The notes beneath the pieces are model-generated. The model saw nothing but the letters and a program-made list of their open reading frames with translations, had not been told where the DNA came from and searched no databases. A program made the translations under genes and the position numbers. Below are positions 20,580 to 30,383 of a DNA stretch of 64,000 nucleotides, piece after piece (position 1 is the stretch's first letter; every line of letters starts with the position of its first letter). Source of the stretch: Candidatus Hydrogenedentota bacterium (lineage in GTDB: Bacteria > Hydrogenedentota > Hydrogenedentia > Hydrogenedentales > JAEUWI01); the NCBI GenBank assembly GCA_016182605.1, contig JACPGE010000004.1, forward strand, positions 1,402 through 65,401, written 5' to 3'.

Positions 20580-22784
20580 ATGTTCCTTCCCCAAAAGACC
20601 CTCCTGTTGCGGCTCGCATTGCTGCCCCTGATGGCGTGCGCCGCGTCCGTGGCCGATCCGGCCTCGGGCGCGCTCCAGGCCCAGTACCCCGGCGCACAGA
20701 TCCTCACCCAATGGCGTATCGAAGCCCCCGCGCACACGGCGTCCCCGCTTACAGGCCTGCTTCTCGAAGCGGCGCCCGGCGCACCCCGCCACATCGTGTA
20801 CGTCCAAGAGAACCGGATACTGAGTGAGGAAGAGTCCCAGGCGCTCGGATTGGTGACGCTTCCCACCACTGCGGATACAGTCTCGCAAGCCACGGAATTT
20901 CGCTCGGGCATACCCGCCCGGAAGGAAGCTCCAAAACCACTGCTGCGAGCCCTCGCACCCTCACCGGAGGCGCTGGTCCTCGCATCGCTTGACCTGGCAG
21001 ACATTATGGAAGAAGACCAGCGACGCCAGAAATCCGACCCCAAAGACGTGCGCATCGGCGTCGAAAACCCCATGTCGGGTCCGATAACACTTCAGGGCGC
21101 CGCGGCTTCCATCGGAAACTGGGCCTCGCTGGATGACGGAAGCGCAGTGTGGGCCATCACCATCCAATCGCCCGAGGCGGAAGGGCTTCGCCTCAATATC
21201 GACCGCCTCAACCTGCCGCCAGGCGCCCACGTGGTCCTCTTCAATGCTGTGGATCCCGCAGAGTATTACGGACCCTTTATCGAAGTCGATGCGCGCGACG
21301 GCACCCTCTGGACGCCCTCCTGCTTCTCCGATACCGTGCGCGTGGAATGCTGGGTGCCCCGTGCAACGGACATTGCCCAGGTGGATCTCAGCATCAGCCA
21401 GGTGATGCACCTCTACTTCAATGCCGCCGAGATCGGGGAGAAGGCCGCAGGCGCCTGCAACAACGACATCACCTGTCCGGAGTTCAGCGATTGGCAGGCC
21501 ATCGGGAAGGGGATTTGCGGATTGGGCGGCATCAGTGGCAGCGACGCCTTCTTTTGCACGGCGACCCTCATCGTCGATGGCGATACCTGCACCGGCATTC
21601 CCTACGTGCTTGCGGCCAATCACTGCGTAAGCGGGCAATCGGGATCGCACGGCGCGGGCAATCTCGAATTCTATTGGGAGTATGAAACCCCCACCTGCAA
21701 CGGCACGCCCCCGGCGCAATCCTCCGTGCCACGCACCCTCGGGGGGGCCGACTACCTCGCCGGGTCCGGCGGCACGGGCGAAGACGGCGGTGGAAACGAT
21801 TTCACGTTGATGCGCCTGCGCAACGATCCACCCGCGAACATTCCCTTCATAGGCTGGACCACCCAAGTGCCCGCCGTCGGCGCTGCGATGGTAGACATCC
21901 ACCATCCCAGCCGCACCTTCAAACGCATCTCCTTTGGAGAACGCACCAACAGCGGCAACGTTCATTCCGGGCTTTACCATCAGGTGGTCTGGAACGACGG
22001 CACCACCGAAGGCGGATCCTCCGGCAGCCCGCTCTTCAACGCTGCAACGCAACAGATTATCGGACAACTCTGGGGCGGCACCGCCTCGTGTGCGTTGCAG
22101 GGAGACCCAGACTACTTTGGGCGCTTCGATGTGACCTACAACGCGATCCGGCCGCTCATCGCGCCATATATGGGCCTTTCTTCTGCGTCCTACGTGGCCA
22201 ATGAAGGGCAGGGCAGCGTCACCATCACGGTCAACCTGAGCAAGGCCAGCGAATCGGCCAGTGTGGCGATCAACTACGCGGTAAGCGGCGTCACTGCGCA
22301 GGATGGAATCGATTTCACCGCAGTGAGTGGCGTCCTCAATTTTACCAATGGACAAGTCAGCAAGACTTTCTCGATTCCGATCCTGGACAACTCGTCCCTC
22401 GACGCCTCCCGCACCGCCCTCATCAGCCTTTCCGGTCCCGTTTGCTTCGCCCTGAATGCCGCCGCCAGTTCGGCCACCCTCACGATCCAAAACGACGATG
22501 CGGACACCGATGGGGACGGCATATCTGATGATGATGAATTGTCGGGGGTCTTTGGGGCCGTCACGGATCCCAACCTGGCGGACACCGACAACGATGGGCT
22601 GAGCGATGGACAGGAACTCTTCGCCACCTTCGGCAGCCTGACCAACCCGCTCGATCCCGATTCCGATGACGATGGATTGAGCGACGGCACCGAGATAAAC
22701 TTTGGTCTCGATCCCCTGGATTCCGGCGATGGTGACGAGGTTTCCACCTTGCGCGTGCCGATCTTCGCCCGGGAGAAGGAATAG
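20580..22784 (+). CDS. Secreted trypsin-like serine endopeptidase paralog with Calx-beta and thrombospondin type-3-like Ca-binding repeats
   Basis: Same catalytic motifs (LAANHC, GNDFTLMRL, TEGGSSGSP) and a shared N-terminal region with the upstream gene. Has a Calx-beta-like segment, then repeats DTDGDGISDDDE / DTDNDGLSDGQE / DSDDDGLSDGTE. Confidence 0.6.
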   Translation: MFLPQKTLLLRLALLPLMACAASVADPASGALQAQYPGAQILTQWRIEAPAHTASPLTGLLLEAAPGAPRHIVYVQENRILSEEESQALGLVTLPTTADTVSQATEFRSGIPARKEAPKPLLRALAPSPEALVLASLDLADIMEEDQRRQKSDPKDVRIGVENPMSGPITLQGAAASIGNWASLDDGSAVWAITIQSPEAEGLRLNIDRLNLPPGAHVVLFNAVDPAEYYGPFIEVDARDGTLWTPSCFSDTVRVECWVPRATDIAQVDLSISQVMHLYFNAAEIGEKAAGACNNDITCPEFSDWQAIGKGICGLGGISGSDAFFCTATLIVDGDTCTGIPYVLAANHCVSGQSGSHGAGNLEFYWEYETPTCNGTPPAQSSVPRTLGGADYLAGSGGTGEDGGGNDFTLMRLRNDPPANIPFIGWTTQVPAVGAAMVDIHHPSRTFKRISFGERTNSGNVHSGLYHQVVWNDGTTEGGSSGSPLFNAATQQIIGQLWGGTASCALQGDPDYFGRFDVTYNAIRPLIAPYMGLSSASYVANEGQGSVTITVNLSKASESASVAINYAVSGVTAQDGIDFTAVSGVLNFTNGQVSKTFSIPILDNSSLDASRTALISLSGPVCFALNAAASSATLTIQNDDADTDGDGISDDDELSGVFGAVTDPNLADTDNDGLSDGQELFATFGSLTNPLDPDSDDDGLSDGTEINFGLDPLDSGDGDEVSTLRVPIFAREKE

Positions 22785-22794
22785 CCCCCGAAAC

Positions 22795-25700
22795 TCATGC
22801 CTCGGTTGAATTGGCGCTGGATCCGGCCGGCCAATCGTACGTGGCAAGCCCCGCAATGAGTTGCTCTACCTCATCCAGAACTTCCTCTTTGCAGCGGTCA
22901 ACCCCTCCCCAGTCTTCCCTGCGCAGCCCCTCCTCCAAGCGCCCCACGGCATTGCTCAATTTCAATGCGCCAATCATGCCCGTCACCGACTTGAGATTGT
23001 GCGCGAGCCGGAAGGCCTCCTTCGTATTGCCCGCCTCAAGTTCAGCATCGATCTGTGCCCGGATATCCGCATACTTGAGAACGAACGATTTCAGAAAATC
23101 CACGTACAGTTCCACGCTGCCGCCCGCGTAGCTCACGCCCGCCTCCAGGTCCAGGCCCGGAAAGGGCGGCAAGGCGGAAGCGGCCACACTGCGCAATCCG
23201 AAGCGGGGGGGCTCCACAACCGTTCTCGTTCCCCCTCCTTTCGAACCCAGACAAGCCACCAGGGTGCGAAACAACTCTGCCGGCTCGATGGGTTTGGTGA
23301 GGTGGGCATTCATTCCCGCGGCCAGGCTCCGGTCCCGATCCCGCTGCATCGCATGGGCCGTCATGGCCACGATGGGAAACTCATACCCCTCCGCGCGCAG
23401 CCGCCGCGCCGCCTGTATCCCGTCCATGTCAGGCATTTCTATATCCATCAACACCAGATCGAAGGTCTGGCTTAGCGCCTCCTCCAGCGCCTCCCGGCCG
23501 GTCGTCGCCACGCGCACACTGAAACCCGCCTTCTCCAGAATGGTCACCGCCAATTCCCGGTTCATCTCATTGTCTTCCACCAGCAAGATGCGCGCGCCCC
23601 GGATGGAATCCAGCGTGGCCGCCGGCTCCTGCCGCTGCACCCGCTCGTGCGGCAAGGGCACACGGGCCGGCCCCAGGCCAAAGGCGCGCGCCGTCGCTTC
23701 CCACAGCATCGTGTCGCGCACCGGCTTGATCAGGAAATCCGATACCCCGGCCCGGCGCGCATTCTCCATAACCTCCGCATTTCGGAATGCGCTGACCATG
23801 ATGATTTTCGGTGGCGAAGCGCGCTTCCCTTCGATCAAGTGCTGCGCAAGGGTCAATCCGTCCATGGCCGGCAACACGTAGTCGATCAAGATCAACTCCG
23901 GAGCTATCCCCGGTTCCATGCATGCCAGCGCGCTCTCCGCGCTGGCCGTCTTTATCACCTCAAACCCGAAATCCGTCAGAATGGCCGAGAATACGCCACG
24001 CGCATACTCGTTGTCTTCCACCACCAGCGCCCGGCGGCCCCGCAACGATTCCGGCGCGTCCTGACGCAGCATTCCATGCATGTTTGTCGTGCCAAAAATG
24101 CCCGTGAAATAAAACGTGGTCCCCACCCCGGACACACTCTCCACCCAGATCCGGCCGCCCATCATCTCCGCCAATCGCTTGCAGATGCTCAGGCCCAGGC
24201 CCGTGCCGCCGAAGCGCCGCGTGGTCGACTGATCCGCCTGATGAAATGGCTCGAAGAGTTGCGTCAACTGCTCCGGCGTCAGGCCGATGCCCGTATCGGC
24301 CACTTCGAACTGCAGCGTCAAGTTCGCGTCGCCGCCATGTATCCGCTTCACCGACAGGGTCACCAGGCCATGTTCGGTGAACTTGATCGCGTTCCCAAGC
24401 AGATTCAGGATCACCTGGTTCAGCCGCAGCGGATCGCCCGCAACATACCGGGGCGTGTCCTCGCCCGTTAGCACAATAAACTCCAGACCCTTGTCGAAGG
24501 CCTTCGGGAAAAGCATCCCGGAGGCCTTGTCCAGCATCTCCAGGAGGTCAAAAGGAACCACCTCGATATCCAGTTTGCCCGCCTCGATCTTGGAAAAATC
24601 GAGCACATCGTTGATGATGCCCAGCAGGGAATTCGCCGCCCCGTGCACGTTGGCAATATAATGGCGCGCATCGTCCGGCAACGGCGTGTCCAGGGCCAGC
24701 CTGCTCATGCCAATAATCGCATTCATCGGCGTCCGGATCTCATGGCTCATCCGGGCCAGGAATTCCCCCTTCGCATGATTCGCCTCGTCTGCCCGCTCCT
24801 TCGCCCGGTGCAACTGCTCCTGAAAATACTTCAACTCCGTGATGTCCATCAGGGCCCCATCCAGCGAAGCGATCGCCCCCGTCTCATCCCGCACGATCCG
24901 CCCCCGCAATCCCACCCAGATGCTGCCGCCGTCCGGCCGCACAATGCGAAACTCCACGGTGCATGGCGTGTTGTGGCGAATCGACAGGGCAACGGCTTCC
25001 ATCACTGCCCCGCGATCTTCCGGCTCCACGATACTGAAGAAACTGCGCGCCCGGTTCTCAATAAACTCTGCCGCGGGCCGGCCCAGCACTTCTTCCACCG
25101 AACCCGCCATATACATCATCGTGAATTCCCCGTCGGGCCGGCAGCGAAGGGTAACCCCCGGAACGTTCTCGATGACCGTACGGTACTTCTCTTCACTTTC
25201 CCGAAGCGTCGCCTCCACCTGTTTGCGATCTTCCACCTCGCGCTCCAGCAGTTCCTTTGCCCGCTGTTGGGCCGCCGCGTGGCTCTTCGAGCGCCGTCCA
25301 GCCCGTTGCTGCATGTCCATAATCGACGCCAGCAGCACGGCCAGGATCGATCCCGTAATCAGAATCGTCTGTGGAAGCCAGCTCAGCCGGCTTGCGATAA
25401 ACTCGACGCTGGGTACCAGGGTCACCTCCCATTCCCGGCCGCCGGCCGTGAATGGGATCTCCCGCACATAGTCAAAGCGCATCGACTGCGCAGACTGTAT
25501 CTGCCGAATGAGCGGGTGGTGCGTGGCAAGCGCAGGATTCGATTCGTAGAACAGCACCGGCGGCTTCACCGACCGATCCAGCACATAGGCGTCCACCGGC
25601 TCCATGGCCAGATCGCGCAAGGCAAACTGCATTACCGTCTGAAAGGAAATCGCCGCCACCGCAAAACCGAAAATCTTATCGGCCTCCCCGGCCCCGGTGG

Positions 25701-26286
25701 CATCCACACGCATCACCGGAAACACCAGCAAGATACCGGGGTGCTCCCCATGCAGCGGCGTGCGAACCTGGCCCGTTGCGGTCACCTCGCGCGTCTCCTG
25801 TGCGCGGAGGATCGCCGCGAGGGACTCTGGATCCGAATCCAGTTCATATCGCACGGACATATCGTCGCCTATGCCCAACTCCACGTGCGTCAGTTCGTAG
25901 CGTGGAGCGCCCGGCGGCATTTCCCCGGCGGGAGGGGGCGCGGGGATCCAGCCGAGGGCGGATAGTGCGTTTTCCCGCTCCACAAAAGGGCGGGTGAAAT
26001 CGCGGAACTCGTTCTCGTCCACTTCCATCGAGGCCCGGAACAAACCGCCCACGGAGCGCAACTCGTCCGTGAATCGGTCCATCGTGCGTCCCAAGGAGGC
26101 CTGCAAGCGCGGCGCCGCAATCTGGTCGAGATCCCGGGAGACCCCCGCATACTCCCCATGGCGCGCCAGAATAAAAGCGGCAATACTTATCGCGAGCCCC
26201 AGTCCAAAGACCAGAATGGGCAAGATCCGGCTATCGCGCGCGCCTGCCAGGATGGCCCCTTTCGCTTTCACGTGCTTGTTGCCCAC
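22795..26286 (-). CDS. Hybrid sensor histidine kinase/response regulator (CHASE sensor, PAS, HisKA, HATPase, 2x REC, Hpt)
   Basis: N-terminal TM segments flank a CHASE-like periplasmic domain (LGWIPAP). H-box HAKGEFLARMSHEIRTPMNAI. Two receiver domains with the conserved Asp. C-terminal Hpt (HNLKSVTGMIGALKL). Confidence 0.85.
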   Translation of the reverse strand: MGNKHVKAKGAILAGARDSRILPILVFGLGLAISIAAFILARHGEYAGVSRDLDQIAAPRLQASLGRTMDRFTDELRSVGGLFRASMEVDENEFRDFTRPFVERENALSALGWIPAPPPAGEMPPGAPRYELTHVELGIGDDMSVRYELDSDPESLAAILRAQETREVTATGQVRTPLHGEHPGILLVFPVMRVDATGAGEADKIFGFAVAAISFQTVMQFALRDLAMEPVDAYVLDRSVKPPVLFYESNPALATHHPLIRQIQSAQSMRFDYVREIPFTAGGREWEVTLVPSVEFIASRLSWLPQTILITGSILAVLLASIMDMQQRAGRRSKSHAAAQQRAKELLEREVEDRKQVEATLRESEEKYRTVIENVPGVTLRCRPDGEFTMMYMAGSVEEVLGRPAAEFIENRARSFFSIVEPEDRGAVMEAVALSIRHNTPCTVEFRIVRPDGGSIWVGLRGRIVRDETGAIASLDGALMDITELKYFQEQLHRAKERADEANHAKGEFLARMSHEIRTPMNAIIGMSRLALDTPLPDDARHYIANVHGAANSLLGIINDVLDFSKIEAGKLDIEVVPFDLLEMLDKASGMLFPKAFDKGLEFIVLTGEDTPRYVAGDPLRLNQVILNLLGNAIKFTEHGLVTLSVKRIHGGDANLTLQFEVADTGIGLTPEQLTQLFEPFHQADQSTTRRFGGTGLGLSICKRLAEMMGGRIWVESVSGVGTTFYFTGIFGTTNMHGMLRQDAPESLRGRRALVVEDNEYARGVFSAILTDFGFEVIKTASAESALACMEPGIAPELILIDYVLPAMDGLTLAQHLIEGKRASPPKIIMVSAFRNAEVMENARRAGVSDFLIKPVRDTMLWEATARAFGLGPARVPLPHERVQRQEPAATLDSIRGARILLVEDNEMNRELAVTILEKAGFSVRVATTGREALEEALSQTFDLVLMDIEMPDMDGIQAARRLRAEGYEFPIVAMTAHAMQRDRDRSLAAGMNAHLTKPIEPAELFRTLVACLGSKGGGTRTVVEPPRFGLRSVAASALPPFPGLDLEAGVSYAGGSVELYVDFLKSFVLKYADIRAQIDAELEAGNTKEAFRLAHNLKSVTGMIGALKLSNAVGRLEEGLRREDWGGVDRCKEEVLDEVEQLIAGLATYDWPAGSSANSTEA

Positions 26287-26426
26287 GCTTGTAGCCTTCT
26301 CCAGTCTCTGGAGTTGCCCAAAGTCTGTTGCGCGAACTACCCAAAAAAGTCAGACCTTCTCAATATCACCCCGCTGTGTTATAGCACGGAAGCCCTACTT
26401 TTGTCGCACGAATTCTCTCGCACCGC

Positions 26427-28952
26427 TCAAAGCCCCTTGAAAACCCGGGAAAACACGCTGTAGCTATGGCGCAGTGCTACCGATTCGCCCGGAGCCAGCG
26501 TCTGCTCCGCGGAAGCAATTTCCAGGTTGAAGCGCTTTCGGTCCGGAAGCCAATCCAACAGACATTCCTCCACCTGCGCCAGGTCAAAATCCTGGCCTAT
26601 CCCCAGCCCGCTCTTCCGGTTTACTCCCTGCCAATGCCCCGCGGGCCGTTCTTCCCCGCGCAGGAAGTGCTGCCCCCGCAACTTTCCTTCCGGCTTTATC
26701 AGGGTCACTTCGTGCGCAGCGCCGTTTCCATCGGTGTAGCTAACGGCCACGTCCTCCGTCGCTCCCAGCGAAAACATGGGATGTATCCGCAGACACGCCG
26801 CTTTGGGCTCGGTGGAGACATTCACCAGCCGCGAATCGACCGATAGTTCCGCGCGCGAGGCGTCCAGGGTCAGCGTGCGCTGCATCTTCAATCCGTTGGA
26901 CAACAGACATTCCAGCGTCACCTCCAGGCCGGGACGCGATACATGGTGGTCGAAGGCCTCCATGCAGCCATGGCTGCGCCAGCCGCGCTCGCTGTATTCC
27001 TCATACCCCGCCGATCGCGGATACTCGCGCCCGTCCGGCTGCGCCTCCAGAAGCAACTCCTGCCCCGAGTCTTTGTGGAAGATGCTCACGATGCGCCCGC
27101 CCAGGCCGGGAACCACATCCACCCGCAGTTCGGGGTTCTCGAGCCGCACCGCCGCAAACGGCACACTCCAAAGCGCCAGCCGCTCCGTGTGCCACGAAGA
27201 CGGCACACCCTCGCTGATCTGCGTGACGCCATTGCGCTCCGCGACGGCCACAAATTCCTGCGCAAGCGCCACTGCGGGCCCCACATCCCCGGGCTTATAT
27301 GCGTCGCCCACCACCCGGTAACGGGGCTTCATCCACTCCAGTTGAATGTGCTGCACGGGCAGGCGCGCAAGCCGCACACGTTCCCTGAGCGTCTCGTCTT
27401 CCGCGAGCCGCTCCGCCTCGTCAAACAGCGCGCTCGCCTGCGCCATCATTTCCGGCGCGAGATGGGGGAGCATCGGGCTCGCCGAAATGCCGCAGTGAAT
27501 CTGTTCCCGCTCCACCTTGTCATGGAGCAGGTCGATATAACGTTGTATCGGGTCCGCCGCCGTGCCGTAAACCGCCGCGAGGAACTCTTCCTGCGCATGG
27601 GCAAGGTCCACGTCTGGATTCCACATGAGCTTCGCCAGCAAGTAGCCGCGCAGATCCCCGAATTCGCTGCCCGGCCCCGGATTCCCCAGCGCAAAGATGC
27701 CTTTCACATGATTGCCGCGGTACAACTGAATATTGGGCTGCAAGACCCTCAGGTTCGGCTGGGGCATCACGTAGTGATCGAAGTTCCCGGTGTAGTCGAA
27801 GAGGTAGAACTTTTCCGTCAATCGCGCCCAGCCCGCAAGATCGTTCATGAAACTCGCATTGAGTTCGCACGTGGCCACGGGGTGGCTGTAGCAGCACTCG
27901 ATGGGACACACCATCACCAGCACGTTCTTCCGCGGCGCCACCGTTTTCGGAGGCTTCCGCGTGTCCTGATAGGCATATGTCGCCACCATGACATCAGGAT
28001 ATTCAGGTTCCACAATCTCGGCGACGCGGTTCACAAATTCCAGCATGGGACCGGTGGGGCCGCCTTCTCGATCCGAGACCGCGCGGCAATTCACGCACTC
28101 GCACCAGCCGCCCCAGTCCATCTGCGCGACCCAGGCCAGCTTCGCTTCGGGCTGTTTCCTGAGCCACTGCAAGACCCGCTCGGAAGCGATACGCACCACA
28201 TCGGGGTTCGTGAAACAGAGCTGGGCCTTCTGATTCGTTCGCCGCCCCGCTATCTCGGAGAAATACTCGGGGTGCGACGCGAAAAACTCCTCGGGCGGCA
28301 CCAGCGCCAGCATGCTGTGCCCGCCGCCCACGGCCAAGGTCGTCCCGCCACGCGCGGCGTCCAGCCCGCCCGCAACATTCACACGGTTGCGCACCGCCCA
28401 ATCCGCATCGGCCACCGGGGTCCACGACATGGAGCGGTACGCCATCGCGGGCAGCTCCTGCCTGGCCAGGGAGGGCACGGCAATGCGCGCCTGTTGAGGT
28501 ACCCGGCTCACCGTGGGGGTGAACCAACGGCAATTCAACTCGTCTTCGAGCAATCCATACACGGCATACAGCGTGCCCCGCGGCGCTCCACCGGCCAGTA
28601 TCAGGCGCGAGCCAAGCGTCTGCTTGACGTATCCATCACTCCCCAGAGCGGCCCAGTCCACGCCCAGCCCAAGGGAATCGAGCCGCTGACTCCGCCCCAC
28701 CAGGATCTCATGATCCTGCGGGGTCTCCCGGTCATCCTCGATCGCGAGTTCCACCCCGGAAATCTCTCGCAGAAACCGTTGCAGTTCTGCCGCCGCGTGC
28801 CGCTCCGCGGGGTCCGCCTCGGCGCCCACTACAATGCGGTAGTCCGACCTGCCGGCATCCACCAGCACCCGCTCCTCCGCGGCCCATCCCGTCGATGCCA
28901 CCATCAAGGCAAGCAGAAACACGGCCACACCAAATCTAAATGTTCCCATCAC
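26427..28952 (-). CDS. Secreted DUF4838-family protein (putative glycoside hydrolase)
   Basis: Signal peptide. The N-terminal RSDYRIVVG...AAELQRFL...GTLYAVYGLLE pattern and internal motifs are typical of DUF4838 proteins of Bacteroidetes and PVC bacteria. Confidence 0.45.
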   Translation of the reverse strand: MMGTFRFGVAVFLLALMVASTGWAAEERVLVDAGRSDYRIVVGAEADPAERHAAAELQRFLREISGVELAIEDDRETPQDHEILVGRSQRLDSLGLGVDWAALGSDGYVKQTLGSRLILAGGAPRGTLYAVYGLLEDELNCRWFTPTVSRVPQQARIAVPSLARQELPAMAYRSMSWTPVADADWAVRNRVNVAGGLDAARGGTTLAVGGGHSMLALVPPEEFFASHPEYFSEIAGRRTNQKAQLCFTNPDVVRIASERVLQWLRKQPEAKLAWVAQMDWGGWCECVNCRAVSDREGGPTGPMLEFVNRVAEIVEPEYPDVMVATYAYQDTRKPPKTVAPRKNVLVMVCPIECCYSHPVATCELNASFMNDLAGWARLTEKFYLFDYTGNFDHYVMPQPNLRVLQPNIQLYRGNHVKGIFALGNPGPGSEFGDLRGYLLAKLMWNPDVDLAHAQEEFLAAVYGTAADPIQRYIDLLHDKVEREQIHCGISASPMLPHLAPEMMAQASALFDEAERLAEDETLRERVRLARLPVQHIQLEWMKPRYRVVGDAYKPGDVGPAVALAQEFVAVAERNGVTQISEGVPSSWHTERLALWSVPFAAVRLENPELRVDVVPGLGGRIVSIFHKDSGQELLLEAQPDGREYPRSAGYEEYSERGWRSHGCMEAFDHHVSRPGLEVTLECLLSNGLKMQRTLTLDASRAELSVDSRLVNVSTEPKAACLRIHPMFSLGATEDVAVSYTDGNGAAHEVTLIKPEGKLRGQHFLRGEERPAGHWQGVNRKSGLGIGQDFDLAQVEECLLDWLPDRKRFNLEIASAEQTLAPGESVALRHSYSVFSRVFKGL

Positions 28953-28988
28953 CCAAACTCCCCATGTATAAGTTTCGATCCCCGATAG

Positions 28989-29669
28989 TCAAGCGTCCAA
29001 ATCTGTTCTTGTTGCGTCGCGCCCCGCCACCTCGAAAACCTCCTGAAAATGCCGCACAAAGGCGGCGCGCACTTCGGGCAGCGTGGGCGGGGAGGGCAAG
29101 AGCCGGCGCAGCGACGCAACGGGCTTGTCCGCGATGCCGCAGGGCACGATGAACCCAAAATGCTCCAGATTCGCGGAGACATTCAACGCAATGCCGTGAA
29201 AGCTCACCCATTGATGCACGCCCACGCCAATCGCAGCCACCTTCGCACCGTTCACCCATACCCCCGTCATGCCTTCCACCCGCTCTCCCTGCAAGCCATA
29301 GTCCCGCAAGAGCGCAATCAGGACCTGCTCCAGACTGCGCAAATACCACCCCACCGAGGGCTTCCACTGGTTCAGATTCAAGATCGGATAGGCCACCAGT
29401 TGCCCCGGCCCGTGATAGGTCACGTCGCCCCCGCGATCCGCCGTGTGCACCGCCACGCCCAGCGTAGCGAGACGTTCCCGGCTCAACAAAATATTATCCT
29501 CGTGCGCATTGCGCCCACAGCTAATCACCGCTTCGTGTTCCAGCAGGAACAACGTGTTGGGGCGCGCGCCGGACTGCACCGCCGCCCGCGTTCGGTGCTG
29601 CTCTTCCAGCATCCAGCCGTAGGGCACGGGAGCGTCGTAAACGACGATATCGAGCGCCCGCGCGTCCAT
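28989..29669 (-). CDS. lipB: Octanoyltransferase (lipoyl(octanoyl) transferase)
   Basis: LipB motifs HTADRGGDVTYHGPGQLVAYPILNL. Confidence 0.8.
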   Translation of the reverse strand: MDARALDIVVYDAPVPYGWMLEEQHRTRAAVQSGARPNTLFLLEHEAVISCGRNAHEDNILLSRERLATLGVAVHTADRGGDVTYHGPGQLVAYPILNLNQWKPSVGWYLRSLEQVLIALLRDYGLQGERVEGMTGVWVNGAKVAAIGVGVHQWVSFHGIALNVSANLEHFGFIVPCGIADKPVASLRRLLPSPPTLPEVRAAFVRHFQEVFEVAGRDATRTDLDA

Positions 29670-29674
29670 GAGGG

Positions 29675-30349
29675 TCAGTGCTTCCCGTGACCGTTCAACA
29701 GCGAATGCAACAGCGCAAGATTCACCGCCTCCAGCGAAGCCACCACATGATCCGCCTGCGCAAGCTGGGCCGCGCCAAACGAGGTGGTCACCCCAATCAC
29801 GCGCATGCCCGCGGCCTTTGCCGCTTCGACGCCGTTGATCGCATCTTCAATCACCACGCATCGGCCCGGATCCAGCCCCAGCTTTCCCGCCGTGGTCAGA
29901 TAAATCTCCGGATCGGGCTTCTTGTGCGTCACCATGTCGCCATTCACATAGACCGCAAACTTGCTCATGTCGATGCCCGCCGCGACAAGCGTCTGCTGCG
30001 ATTTGCATTTCGGGCTCGACGTGGCGATGGCAAGTTTCCAATCGGGTTCCGCATGCACCGCAGCGATCAGATCGTTCACCCCGGGAAAGGAAATGTCCCG
30101 GCCGGACGTGATGATCTCCTCGAAATACCCATGCACGCGATCGAGCACCGCTTCGGTATCGATGCGCAATCCGTAGGCGGCGGCCGGACCCTCCGCATAA
30201 CGCACAGAGCCCGTGCCAATAAAGGGCGCGAAATCCGCCTGCTTCATCTCCACCCCGTACATCTCCTGGAACGCGCGGATGCTCGCTTCGCAGACGGGTC
30301 CTTCGGTATCCCCCAGCACGCCATCACAATCAAAAATGAGACCGTACAT
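29675..30349 (-). CDS. HAD-IA family hydrolase (beta-phosphoglucomutase-like)
   Basis: MYGLIFDCDGVLGDTE (DxDG motif I). Start was moved to the ATG at 30349. Confidence 0.7.
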   Translation of the reverse strand: MYGLIFDCDGVLGDTEGPVCEASIRAFQEMYGVEMKQADFAPFIGTGSVRYAEGPAAAYGLRIDTEAVLDRVHGYFEEIITSGRDISFPGVNDLIAAVHAEPDWKLAIATSSPKCKSQQTLVAAGIDMSKFAVYVNGDMVTHKKPDPEIYLTTAGKLGLDPGRCVVIEDAINGVEAAKAAGMRVIGVTTSFGAAQLAQADHVVASLEAVNLALLHSLLNGHGKH

Positions 30350-30383
30350 GTCCGCTTTGCTCCAGTAAGAAATGGGGGAGAGG

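Noticed and set aside
19440-22856. Long minus-strand ORFs (19440..20888, 482 aa; 20961..22856, 631 aa) antisense to the two protease genes
   Set aside because: Their composition is Gly/Arg/Ala-rich with no motifs, which is typical of high-GC antisense artefacts. The sense-strand genes have clear catalytic motifs and signal peptides.
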